From a virus (taxonomy: Duplodnaviria; Caudoviricetes): a DNA stretch of 64,000 nt. Of the stretch, positions 9,100 through 17,767 are shown piece by piece. The notes under the pieces are model-generated. The model did no database searches and had not been told where the DNA came from. It was given only the letters and a program-made list of their open reading frames with translations. Both the position numbers and the translations under genes were made by a program. The stretch is taken from positions 1 through 64,000 of IMG/VR virus record IMGVR_UViG_3300020577_008668; one strand, written 5' to 3'. How positions within the stretch are numbered: position 1 is the stretch's first letter; each line of letters begins with the position of its first letter.

Positions 9100-9560
9100 G
9101 TCATAAAACCTTTCGCCGCGGATGAATTCTTGAAACTGAGAAAAAAAATAACACTCACAGGGCGGCTTTTTTTTGAACTTCTTTTTTCAAATTTGAAAAG
9201 AAAGGTTAAGTTAAAACATTTAAGTTTAAACATATTTTAAAACGCAAAAGTGCTTAATGCCTTACCACGTCGACGAGTCGACGAGGCTAAGTCGATCGAC
9301 TTCGCTTTCTCGAATACTTTTCTTACTTACCTACTTGCTTTCTCAGCTTCTCGTTTTTCTCGTTCTTACTTTTTTATTTATTCTTTACTTACTTCTTTAC
9401 TTACTTACTCTCCTTCTCTTAGTTTTTTTAAGTTTTTTAATATTTAAGATACTTACTATCTTGTCTTCTCAGCTTCTCGTTTCTTATTTTTTTAAGATTT
9501 TAAGATACTTACCTTCTCGTTCTCTTCTTCTTTCTCAGCCTGTCGTTTTGTCCTCCAAGC
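9100..9560. other. Candidate replication origin / divergent regulatory region
   Basis: Coding-strand switch; AT-rich 9130-9250; 16-bp palindrome 9184-9199; GTCGACGA x2 (9269-9284) and GTCGATCGAC (9291-9300); direct repeats TTCTCAGCTTCTCGTTT (9340, 9466) and TTTAAGATACTTAC (9443, 9499); strongly pyrimidine-rich + strand. Confidence 0.45.
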
Positions 9561-9850
9561 TAAACGAGAGTACTAGAAAACCCCCTCTCGGTTTGCCACA
9601 CACCGAGTCCCGAGCCTTTTATTCTGAATGCTCATCAGGTTGACCTTGGTCGGTCGGAAACAACAACTTTCACTTCAAGTCCCCTTCGGGGATATGAGCA
9701 TCCCGGCGTATTCCGCCAATCTCTCCCCCAACAGACAATTGGGGTCAGGCTGGGATCGTTCCTCCCCAGCAAGGGGTGTACCTGGATGAGTTGTGATCTC
9801 AGCTTACCATGCCGTCCGTCCCGGCTACTCACAGTCGATTCTGTGACAGA
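9560..9850 (+). ncRNA. Candidate structured non-coding RNA (family not recognised)
   Basis: About 10 hairpins or helices in 290 nt (see findings). Strand is tentative, based on G.U pairs and CUUG/UUCG loops. Confidence 0.45.
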
Positions 9851-9906
9851 GAACGAACCCTTGACATGATAGGCTCTCTTCTAAGAACGACGGTCCGTTT
9901 CTCTTT

Positions 9907-10695
9907 TTGAATCAGAACCAGGATGAAAGATTAGAAAAGGATAAAATGGTTAACAGAACAGTCGATAGAACGAGGTTGTGGGAGAACTACAACTCTACTA
10001 GAAGTTCTGAAAACCTGTTCGCTCTAGTTGAATACTATCAGTCCTTTTTGAAAGACATTGCTGTTTCAGTTTCCTACGGGTTGCCGAACCACATCGATCT
10101 TGATGACCTTGTGTCTGAAGGACAGTTTGGTCTCATCTCAGCTATTGAACGATACGAGGACCGCGGGTACAAGTTCGAAACTTATGCTTCTTTTAGAATT
10201 CGTGGACAGATTCTCGACAAGTTACGAAGCGCAGATTGGGCTCCTCGTTCTTTAAGAACTGCTTTAAAAAATATTGAAGAGGCGGAACTTCTCTTAGAGT
10301 CTTCTCTTCAAAGACTTCCAACTGATCAAGAGGTTGCTACTTTTCTTGGTCTCAGCTTAGAGAAGTTACATGAGACCAGAGGTAAGGGGTCTCTGGTACT
10401 TGTCGGTCATTTGGACGAGGTTGCTACTTTTGAACAGGAAATAGTTCGTGTTATTGACCTTGTTCCTGATTCAACTATTGGTTCAGATGAGGAAGATTTA
10501 ACTCCCGTAAGAGAACGTGTTGCTCATGTTCTTTCTCAGATTGACGACGTTGAGTCATCTCTTCTTGTTTTGTACTACATCTATTCTTTATCTTTGAAGG
10601 AGATAGGGGTAGAGTTGGGTGTTACTGAAAGTCGGGTGTGTCAGCTTCATGTGAAGGCTCTCACTTCGATCAGGGAAGCTTGTTTAACTATCTAA
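9907..10695 (+). CDS. FliA/WhiG (sigma-28)-family RNA polymerase sigma factor
   Basis: DLVSEGQFGLISAIERY, KFETYASFRIRGQILDKLRSADWAPRSLR, region 4 LSLKEIGVELGVTESRVCQLH. Confidence 0.93.
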   Translation: MNQNQDERLEKDKMVNRTVDRTRLWENYNSTRSSENLFALVEYYQSFLKDIAVSVSYGLPNHIDLDDLVSEGQFGLISAIERYEDRGYKFETYASFRIRGQILDKLRSADWAPRSLRTALKNIEEAELLLESSLQRLPTDQEVATFLGLSLEKLHETRGKGSLVLVGHLDEVATFEQEIVRVIDLVPDSTIGSDEEDLTPVRERVAHVLSQIDDVESSLLVLYYIYSLSLKEIGVELGVTESRVCQLHVKALTSIREACLTI

Positions 10696-10741
10696 CCAAA
10701 AAATAAAAAGTTAGCTACCTTATTTTAACTAGCTCTCTTTT

Positions 10742-10748
10742 GCCGTTA
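10742..10748 (+). promoter_or_regulatory. Putative phage-sigma -10 element GCCGTTA (one of several intergenic copies)
   Basis: Similar KYCGTWR copies at 33228, 34128, 36548, 37212, 43572, 13789, 27626, 40988, 1062 and 9894, all intergenic. Confidence 0.45.
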
Positions 10749-10764
10749 TTTCTTTTGTCCACAC

Positions 10765-13700
10765 ATGGAGGTTGACGTGACCGATTTTCTTTCTTTTCAT
10801 CTCAGCGATAGTTTTATCGAACCGTACCAAGACAAGCCCGTCGATTGGGGTTTCCCCATCGGAGGAGGCAACAGTCTCAGTGAGCTAACTTTCGTTTTGA
10901 AATACTCAAGGAAGAAAGAAGATGGTACCAAAGAACAGTGGTGGGAAGTTTGCCGTCGATGCGTAGAAGGTATGTACTCGATCCTCAAGGATCATGCCAA
11001 ACATTACGGAACCACCTGGAACGAGTTCAAGGCACAAAAGTCCGCCCAAGATGCATTCGACCGCATGTTCCACTTCAAATGGACCCCACCCGGTCGCGGA
11101 ATGCAACACATGGGGACCCGAAACATTATCGAACAGCGCAACATGGCTAGATTGGTGAACTGTCTTGCTGGTGAAACCGAAGTTGTTACCCGAAACGGGA
11201 TCTTCCCCATCAAAGAGCTTGCAGGAGGTACGCACACCCTACTAACAACTAGTGGCTGGGTGAATGCGCCCGTTTTATCTTTTGGGTCTCAAGAGTTGTA
11301 CGAAATTGAGATGACCAAATCTGGTGTTTCAAAAACAATTAGGGCTACAGCAGACCATCGCTGGTTCGTCAAGGACAGAAGGAACACTAGTCAGAAAAAT
11401 AAATTCAGAGAGGTTCTTACCAGAGACTTAGTTGGCGGAGTTCATCAGTTCAAGTCCATTACGGCTAACGCCATAAAGCTAACGCACCTTTCTCCAGTGG
11501 GTGTGGCTGCTGGGTTCTTTGTTGGAGACAGTTCTCTGACTGAGATTGACTCTTATTCAAATAGGGTTAGGCTCTGCGGTGACAAGAAACAAGATCTGAT
11601 GCCATTTTTTGCAGCTCACCGAACTCAGCCTATCACTGGTAGTGATGATGTGTTCGTGCTGGATTGTCCTAATTACTTCAAGGACGTTCCGTCGTTAACG
11701 GAAACAGCTTCGTATCTTTTCGGATGGGTTGCTGGGTTATTCGCTGCGGATGGAAATGTGAGTAATAAGGGAGCTTGTATAGCCAGTGCTAACAGAGAAT
11801 TTTTAGAGAGGGTTAAGTCAATTTGTAGCATTATTGGTATCGGAGTCGGTCCCATACAGAAAAATTCGTATGTTTCAAATTTGACAAACCGTGAGGCCAC
11901 TAGTTATAAGCTGCCAGTAGATAGAAAAACCCTAACAAGGGACTTCTTTATTAGAAGGTCACATAGAGACATATTTGATCAGTACCTCACTAAGAAGACT
12001 AGTAAAGTAAAGCGCTCCGAGAATCGTTGGTACGTTAAAAGTGTTACGGCGACAGGTGTTTTAGAGGAAGTGTATTGTGCTGTAGTGGACGGAGTGGGAA
12101 ACTTCGCTCTGGCAGACGGTTTGTTGACCGGGAACTGTGCAGCTCTCGGGTCCGAGAAAATTTCTACACATTCAGCCTACCGTGCCACAATGCCATTTGT
12201 TCGATTTATGGAAATGAGCATGAATGGTGTGGGTGTTGGGGTTAATACTGCTGGGGCTGGAAAAATCACTCTGCATCAGCCAAATGATGAAGTTGATGTA
12301 GTTGTCGTCCCTGATACAAGGGAAGGCTGGGCTGCTTCTCTTGGGGTGTTGCTTGAATCTTTCTTTTTCAAGGACCGTAATACTGTTCAGTTTGATTACA
12401 GTGAGATCCGTCCCGAGGGGACTGAGCTTCATTCTTTTGGAGGGGTAGCTTCAGGTCATCGTCCTCTCAAGAAGATGCATGAGAGGATCTCAGAACGTCT
12501 CTCAGGACGTGAGGGTGAGCTTCTGACAAGTCGGGATATCGCTGACATTGTCAACTTGGCTGGAAAAGCTTGTACTGCCGGAGGAACGAGACGTAGTGCA
12601 ACTATTTTGTTCGGCGAAAAAGATGACGAAGATTATGTTAATCTGAAGAATTGGAATCTGCCAGAGAACGATTACCGTACTGGGACAGATGGATTTGCTT
12701 GGGCATCTAACAACAGTGTTGTGGTTAACGTTTCTGATGACTTGGATGACCTTATTGACCTTGTGGCAGTTAATGGCGAACCGGGGTTTCTTTGGGTTGA
12801 TATGATTCAAAAGTACGGCCGTCTTGCTGATGTCCCTGACTATAAGGACTATAGGGCAACTCTTAGCAATCCATGTGGTGAAATTGCTTTGGAGGGTCAA
12901 GGGGAACTATGTAACCTGAGTGAAGTATATCCAACTAATCATGAAACTTACGAAGATTTTATTGGAACACTGAAACATGCTTACATGTACACTAAGGTAG
13001 TTACTTTGTTAACTACGCCTTGGCCTGAAACTAACGAGGTAAATCTCCGTAACCGTCGTATTGGTATTTCTATGACAGGGTTAGCTCTTTTTGTTGAAAC
13101 TCGTGGTTGGTCACTTTTATCAGAGTGGCAGGATGGGGGCTACAAGGAGCTTAGGCGACTTGATCAAAAGTATTCTGAATGGCTTGGTGTTCGCGAATCT
13201 ATTCGTTTGACGACTGTTAAGCCCGCGGGGTCGACCAGTTTAGTGACTTCCGTCACACCAGGAGTGCATTGGCCCACCACGTCAAATTACCATCTTCGAC
13301 GTATTCGTTTCCTTCACACTGATCCTTTGGTAAATATTCTAGAAAAAGCTGGGTATCATGTTGAGCCGGATCAGGGGGACCCTGACTCAACTGTTGTGGT
13401 TACCTTCCCAACTGAAGGTGTTAACATTAGATCTGAACGTGAGGTGTCAGTTTGGGAAAAGGCCGCTTTGGCTGTTTCTTGCCAAAGGTATTGGAGTGAC
13501 AACATGGTTTCTTGCACGTTGTCTTTCCTTCCCCATGAAGTGAAAGAGCTTTCTCCACTTCTGTCATCGTACAGCGGACAGATGAAGAGTGCTAGCTTCC
13601 TCCCGATTGATGAATCTGGGACAACTTACGCTCAGGCTCCTTACGAACCTGTATCTGAAGAGGATGCTCTCAAATGGATGGCTGAGATTAAACCTATCAG

Positions 13701-13788
13701 TAAGACTGAGTTGTATGGAGATTCAATAAGTGATTTTATTGAAGATAAGTTCTGTACTACAGACTCTTGTGAGATCCCTCAAAGATAA
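10765..13788 (+). CDS. nrdJ: Class II (B12-dependent) ribonucleoside-triphosphate reductase, intein-containing
   Basis: WTPPGRG, NC at the intein site, AGGTRRSA, GEPG, NPCGEI, LCNLSE, RRIG, TTVKPAGS, C-terminal FCTTDSCEIP. Confidence 0.95.
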   Translation: MEVDVTDFLSFHLSDSFIEPYQDKPVDWGFPIGGGNSLSELTFVLKYSRKKEDGTKEQWWEVCRRCVEGMYSILKDHAKHYGTTWNEFKAQKSAQDAFDRMFHFKWTPPGRGMQHMGTRNIIEQRNMARLVNCLAGETEVVTRNGIFPIKELAGGTHTLLTTSGWVNAPVLSFGSQELYEIEMTKSGVSKTIRATADHRWFVKDRRNTSQKNKFREVLTRDLVGGVHQFKSITANAIKLTHLSPVGVAAGFFVGDSSLTEIDSYSNRVRLCGDKKQDLMPFFAAHRTQPITGSDDVFVLDCPNYFKDVPSLTETASYLFGWVAGLFAADGNVSNKGACIASANREFLERVKSICSIIGIGVGPIQKNSYVSNLTNREATSYKLPVDRKTLTRDFFIRRSHRDIFDQYLTKKTSKVKRSENRWYVKSVTATGVLEEVYCAVVDGVGNFALADGLLTGNCAALGSEKISTHSAYRATMPFVRFMEMSMNGVGVGVNTAGAGKITLHQPNDEVDVVVVPDTREGWAASLGVLLESFFFKDRNTVQFDYSEIRPEGTELHSFGGVASGHRPLKKMHERISERLSGREGELLTSRDIADIVNLAGKACTAGGTRRSATILFGEKDDEDYVNLKNWNLPENDYRTGTDGFAWASNNSVVVNVSDDLDDLIDLVAVNGEPGFLWVDMIQKYGRLADVPDYKDYRATLSNPCGEIALEGQGELCNLSEVYPTNHETYEDFIGTLKHAYMYTKVVTLLTTPWPETNEVNLRNRRIGISMTGLALFVETRGWSLLSEWQDGGYKELRRLDQKYSEWLGVRESIRLTTVKPAGSTSLVTSVTPGVHWPTTSNYHLRRIRFLHTDPLVNILEKAGYHVEPDQGDPDSTVVVTFPTEGVNIRSEREVSVWEKAALAVSCQRYWSDNMVSCTLSFLPHEVKELSPLLSSYSGQMKSASFLPIDESGTTYAQAPYEPVSEEDALKWMAEIKPISKTELYGDSISDFIEDKFCTTDSCEIPQR
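11161..12135 (+). mobile_element. Intein with LAGLIDADG homing endonuclease (325 aa)
   Basis: Starts CLAGETEVVT, block B TADHRWF, LAGLIDADG-like VAAGFFVGDS and WVAGLFAADG, ends VYCAVV...LLTGN followed by Cys+1. Confidence 0.92.
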
Positions 13789-13802
13789 GTCGTTGATATT
13801 GT

Positions 13803-14126
13803 ATGTCTAAACGTCCGCGGTATGAAACAGTCCCTGACTGGGTTCCTCCTTTTCAGCGCGACCGTGAAGAGTTGTATCGAATTATCTTCGATCACTGTGA
13901 TCGACATATGTGCCTACTAGTTACCCAACAGGAACTGGTAGAACCCATGAGTATGGGGTATCAGGCAATCTCTGTTGTGCTTAAAGAGTTTCAAGAGTTA
14001 GGATTAGTAGTGAAGGAGGGTAAGGTGTTTAGGTTGCTTTACACTCCTGATCAGATCCCCTGGGGTGAAACTTTTGATAATTTACGTAAACAATATCGTC
14101 AATCCATTTTAAGGAGTTCAAAATGA
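13803..14126 (+). CDS. Winged-helix DNA-binding protein
   Basis: TQQELVEPMSMGYQAISVVLKEFQELGLVVKEGKVFRL. Confidence 0.65.
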   Translation: MSKRPRYETVPDWVPPFQRDREELYRIIFDHCDRHMCLLVTQQELVEPMSMGYQAISVVLKEFQELGLVVKEGKVFRLLYTPDQIPWGETFDNLRKQYRQSILRSSK

Positions 14127-14431
14127 AAATTGATGCACTAGCTGTAACCTTTATCTTGTCACTAGTCCTACCTCTTGTGGTTGGCATCGTTACTAAGGCT
14201 TCAGCGTCTACACAATTAAAGCAAGTTACCTTGCTGGTAGCAACAGGTGTTGCTACTTTGATCAACACTCATCTCACTGATACGGGTGACGCTATTCTTT
14301 CTTGGAACACTGTTGCTTATTGGGGGATTGCTCTAGTTGCAACGATCGCGTCGTACCTTGGTTTCTATAAGCCTTACGATGCCAACAGTCACCTAGCTCC
14401 CAGTACGGGACTGGGCACCTCTGAGAATTGA
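14123..14431 (+). CDS. Holin
   Basis: 102 aa with about 3 TM segments, just upstream of the lysin; LPLVVGIVTK...K...LL pattern of actinophage holins. Confidence 0.75.
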   Translation: MKIDALAVTFILSLVLPLVVGIVTKASASTQLKQVTLLVATGVATLINTHLTDTGDAILSWNTVAYWGIALVATIASYLGFYKPYDANSHLAPSTGLGTSEN

Positions 14432-14446
14432 AAGGGTAACGGCGAC

Positions 14447-14659
14447 GTGGCCGCAGAACCAGCAGGGGATGAACCTGTTTCGGACAAAGAGGTTAGCGAT
14501 GTTGTCGCTGGATCTCTCATCTTAGAAGATACTGATAAAACCCCGTCACAGGCTGACGGTGATCAACCTGTAGCTCCTCCGTCTTGGAACGATGATGAGC
14601 CTGAGTCAGCTATTTCAGCTGAGGCCGCTACAATCTGGACCCAGTCTGGGGGTAGCTGA
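14447..14659 (+). CDS. Acidic hypothetical protein
   Basis: 70 aa, D/E/P-rich; stop abuts the lysin start. Confidence 0.5.
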   Translation: MAAEPAGDEPVSDKEVSDVVAGSLILEDTDKTPSQADGDQPVAPPSWNDDEPESAISAEAATIWTQSGGS

Positions 14660-15475
14660 GTGACTATTTCAGCAAACGTTGAGCAAGTTATTGCTACCTT
14701 CAGGTCCCAGTTAGGGTATTCGGAATCCCCTCCTGGTTCTAATCGGACGAAGTACGGTCAGTGGTTTGGTCTGAACGGTCAACCTTGGTGCTTTATTGGT
14801 CTTAGTTGGATGTTCGCCCATGCAGGCTTCCCTTTGCCCAACATGGGCTCCCCTAAAGGAGGGTCTTATTGTCCTGCTGCTTTAGATTACGCTAAACGAA
14901 CTAAAACTTGGAAGGGGACGAATAATCCTAAGCGGGGGGATATTGTTCTGTTTAGTTTTGGTGGGTCTCGTGCTGATCATATTGGTTTGGTTCAGAATGT
15001 TATTCCTGGTGGGGTAAATACTTTGGAGTGTAATACTGGGGGTCATGGTGGGTCTGTTTTGGAGCAGAATCGCCGGTCGAAGATTTTGGGTTACATTGAT
15101 GTGACGAACGTTGGATCTTCTCCTCAGTCTACTTTTGTTAAGCCTTCTAGCAGTGCTGGTATTGATTGGGCCGCTGTGCGGCGGATGGCTGCAGCACAGG
15201 TTTTGGAAACTCTGGGAAAGTGTCCTAATGTTTCTCCTCGGGAATCAAGTCTGTATGTCTCGGTTTATAAGACGGCTTTGAATCTGGTTGCTAATACTAC
15301 CCTAGATCCTAAGAATACAACTTATGACCTAACTATGGTAGCTGCTGTTTTGAACTTTAAACGATGGATGAATTCCTTGGGGGCTAATATCCCAGATCCT
15401 GACGGGTACGCCCGCGAGGGGGTTCGTTGGTGGCTGTGCGTGGCGCTGAAGAATATCGTAGAGGGCAAAGCGTAA
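14660..15475 (+). CDS. Endolysin, CHAP domain plus unrecognised C-terminal domain
   Basis: NRTKYGQWFG..GQPWC, RGDIVLF, DHIGLV, TLECNT. Confidence 0.88.
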   Translation: MTISANVEQVIATFRSQLGYSESPPGSNRTKYGQWFGLNGQPWCFIGLSWMFAHAGFPLPNMGSPKGGSYCPAALDYAKRTKTWKGTNNPKRGDIVLFSFGGSRADHIGLVQNVIPGGVNTLECNTGGHGGSVLEQNRRSKILGYIDVTNVGSSPQSTFVKPSSSAGIDWAAVRRMAAAQVLETLGKCPNVSPRESSLYVSVYKTALNLVANTTLDPKNTTYDLTMVAAVLNFKRWMNSLGANIPDPDGYAREGVRWWLCVALKNIVEGKA

Positions 15476-15505
15476 AAGATCTTCCTATTTTGGATTTCTC
15501 GATGG

Positions 15506-15534
15506 AGGCCGAGGCTTGACGCCTCGGCCTTTTT
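15506..15534 (+). terminator. Intrinsic terminator after the lysis genes
   Basis: AGGCCGAGGC-ttgac-GCCTCGGCCT followed by TTTT. Confidence 0.8.
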
Positions 15535-15542
15535 CGTTTAAG

Positions 15543-15893
15543 ATGACGGTCATGGAAGCGATTTTGAGTGACCTAACAAATCAAGTTATTTCACTTCTAG
15601 AGAAGAAAGGTCTCTACGCTGTAGAGTGGAATTTTGATGTTATGTCGGATAATGAAGAAGTTATAGAAAAAGTAATGAATGGTGAGCTTTCTGATGAGGG
15701 AGCTATCAAGTCTGGTTTGGCGAATCTTCACATGTCAGTGCTTGCAAGGATTGGGGATGTGGCATGGTCTGATCGTGTCCTGAATCCTGAGGTTTGCCAG
15801 GAGCGCCGGGAGTTTGACTTGATCGTTCCTGAGGCTAAGGATGTTGATTTAGATGAGATTCGTCGTGAAATGGATGAGTGGAAGGACAAATGA
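15543..15893 (+). CDS. Hypothetical protein
   Basis: ATG 15543 chosen because the ORF-track TTG start lies inside the terminator stem-loop. Confidence 0.65.
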   Translation: MTVMEAILSDLTNQVISLLEKKGLYAVEWNFDVMSDNEEVIEKVMNGELSDEGAIKSGLANLHMSVLARIGDVAWSDRVLNPEVCQERREFDLIVPEAKDVDLDEIRREMDEWKDK

Positions 15894-15968
15894 GACCGAC
15901 CGCCGAACAGATGGGGCGAATGAACTGGGCTGTGCGTCCGTCTGCAACCAATCGAACCGAAAGAGATC

Positions 15969-16554
15969 AACCATGGTCCGACCATCCCGACTGCGCTTCC
16001 CCTGTCATCGGTGACTTTCTCCGCTCATGGAACGACGGTCTCGACGGTGACACCCGGCAGCAGTTGAAGCGGTACATTCCCCGCCTGGTCGGCTCGAAGG
16101 GCACTACAGCGCAGGAAGATCATCGAGCGTGGATGGCGGTCGACTGGTACAGGCCCCGGCGTGGTTGCGTCTGGCTGGGATGGTCGATCAAGCGAATCTG
16201 CTCGCCGGGTTGGACGTAGTCTCTGTTGAGACGTATGTGTCGATTGAACCGACGTTGCGGGCGGTACGACGCTACGCTGTGACTACTTCGTCCGCTGTAG
16301 TGGACGAAGTCGTGGACGCTGCTTCGGACGCTGCTGTCTCCGCTGCTGTACCTGCTGCTTTGAATGCCGCTTCGTCCGCTGGAGTGCCCGCTGCTCGGAA
16401 TGCTGCAACGGTCGCTGCTTTGGACGCTGCTTGTTTCGCTACCGTGTCCGCTGGTGAGTCACCGTCCGCTTTGCAACCCACCGTGATCGAACTGCAAGCA
16501 TCCGCCCATGATCTTATTGACCGAATGTTTGCCGTCACCGAGGCCGCAGCGTGA
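15969..16554 (+). pseudogene. Degenerate paralog of the Ala-repeat protein at 17768-18583
   Basis: Lacks the first ~36 aa and is frameshifted at about 16147 (DW...VQAPAW versus DWLVRVHTPAW). Confidence 0.8.
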
Positions 16555-16607
16555 CCCGCCCCGTTCTCTACATCGCCGGTCACCCCACATGCGGAGTCGA
16601 CCGATGA
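16551..16607 (+). pseudogene. Remnant MTRPVLYIAG... (start of a DUF4406/DUF1937-like gene)
   Basis: Same start as 18583; truncated after YIAG. Confidence 0.55.
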
Positions 16608-16786
16608 CCGCCTACCTGATCCCCGAAATCTGGTGCGACAACTGTGGGACAAGAGCTCAAGCAGACGACGAGTGCACGACACGGGGCCTGCGTCAGCACT
16701 TGAGCGAGGACCGAGAATGGGTGCGTCGCCGAATCTCCGGGGAACTACATGACATCTGCGGACGTTGCGTCGAGGGCGACCAATGA
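16604..16786 (+). CDS. Small Zn-finger protein
   Basis: CDNC...DICGRC; ATGA coupling. Confidence 0.6.
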   Translation: MTAYLIPEIWCDNCGTRAQADDECTTRGLRQHLSEDREWVRRRISGELHDICGRCVEGDQ

Positions 16787-17034
16787 GCGTTGAGCAACGC
16801 ACCGCCGTCCGTATCACCTGCGACGCACACCGTTGCCCTGCCACATGCCCACCCGTCGGACACGGTCCCGAATGGTGGGTGCAGAACGACCAGGCGGAAT
16901 CGGAAGCGATCGCTGAGATGGTCGCAACCGGGTCCGGGTGGCAGGTGCAACCTCTCGGCCCGTGGTCGGTGCTACATTTCTGCCCCGATCATTCATCACA
17001 CATCAATGACCAAGAAGAAGGAGAACAGTTATGA
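16783..17034 (+). CDS. Small Zn-finger protein
   Basis: ITCDAHRC...HFCPDH; ATGA coupling. Confidence 0.6.
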   Translation: MSVEQRTAVRITCDAHRCPATCPPVGHGPEWWVQNDQAESEAIAEMVATGSGWQVQPLGPWSVLHFCPDHSSHINDQEEGEQL

Positions 17035-17339
17035 CCGAGTCAATCATGGTGGACGGCGTCAAGTTCGTCCCGGAGGCCGTCACGTCAAGCGGGGTGCGCA
17101 TCGTTGTCTTGCAACGGGGCTGGGTCGTCGTCGGCGCCTACTCCGAGGATGGCGACGAGGTGCTGGTGACATCGGCGAAGGTGATCCGCCGCTGGGGGAC
17201 CACCCAGGGGATCGGGGAACTGGTTGATGGTCCGACCAAGGACACTGTGTTGGATCTGGCTGGGACGGTGCGGGCGCACCGGTTGGGCGTGTTGTTCACG
17301 CTGGATTGTGATGGCGATGCCTGGCGGGATCACCTGTGA
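17031..17339 (+). CDS. Conserved small phage protein (DUF6948-like, tentative)
   Basis: RIVVLQRGWVVVG...VIRRWGTT.GIGEL; SD AAGGAG; precedes a GYG-repeat gene, an arrangement recalled from other phages. Confidence 0.65.
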   Translation: MTESIMVDGVKFVPEAVTSSGVRIVVLQRGWVVVGAYSEDGDEVLVTSAKVIRRWGTTQGIGELVDGPTKDTVLDLAGTVRAHRLGVLFTLDCDGDAWRDHL

Positions 17340-17578
17340 TGGTGGCCGTGATGTCGTTCGGTGAGGACGCTCACGCTGCTATCGGCATCGGCTACGGCCA
17401 CGGCTACGGCTACGGCACCGGCTACGGTGACGGCTACGGCGACGGCTACGGCCGCGGGGATGGCTACGGCTACGGCCACGGCTACGGCTACGGCACCGGC
17501 TACGGTGACGGCTACGGCTACGGCTACGGCCACGGCTACGGCTACGGCTACGGCTACGGCTCCGGTTGCGGGTGGTGA
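17336..17578 (+). CDS. Gly-Tyr repeat protein (GYGDGYG)
   Basis: 80 aa, almost entirely GY/GD/GH. Confidence 0.6.
   Translation: MMVAVMSFGEDAHAAIGIGYGHGYGYGTGYGDGYGDGYGRGDGYGYGHGYGYGTGYGDGYGYGYGHGYGYGYGYGSGCGW
17390..17560 (+). repeat. GGCTAC-based tandem repeat
   Basis: Directly visible hexamer array. Confidence 0.9.
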
Positions 17579-17730
17579 CCGTGATGTTGTTCGGTGAGGA
17601 CGCTCACGCTGCTATCGGCATCGGTGATGGCTACGGCTACGGCTACGGTGATGTCGCTCCGAGAAACCAACCCATGACCGCACCTGTGTTCCAACATTTC
17701 TGCCCCGACTATCACACCGAGGAACCCTGA
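17575..17730 (+). pseudogene. Fusion of remnants: GYG-gene head plus HFCPD-gene tail
   Basis: MTVMLFGEDAHAAIGIGDGYGYGYGD...QHFCPDYHTEEP; 17581-17624 repeats 17348-17391 (44 nt, 1 mismatch). Confidence 0.55.
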
Positions 17731-17767
17731 TGACTGACCGACCTTTGTCCCCGAAGGAGAACGATAA

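Noticed and set aside
9250-9643. ORFs 9250-9447 and 9257-9643 as membrane proteins
   Set aside because: The hydrophobicity is a by-product of the T-rich repeat tract; no SD; low complexity
9620-9680. CTGATGAG and GAAA on the minus strand as a possible hammerhead ribozyme
   Set aside because: Stems I-III cannot be built contiguously around the core, and stem II is followed by GGGA rather than GAAA
9861-9890. TTGACA upstream of the sigma gene as a housekeeping promoter
   Set aside because: No acceptable -10 at 16-18 nt spacing
17348-17624. 44-nt direct repeat as a possible CRISPR mini-array
   Set aside because: Only two copies, both are starts of paralogous coding sequences, and the 189-nt spacer is a GGCTAC repeat; no cas genes
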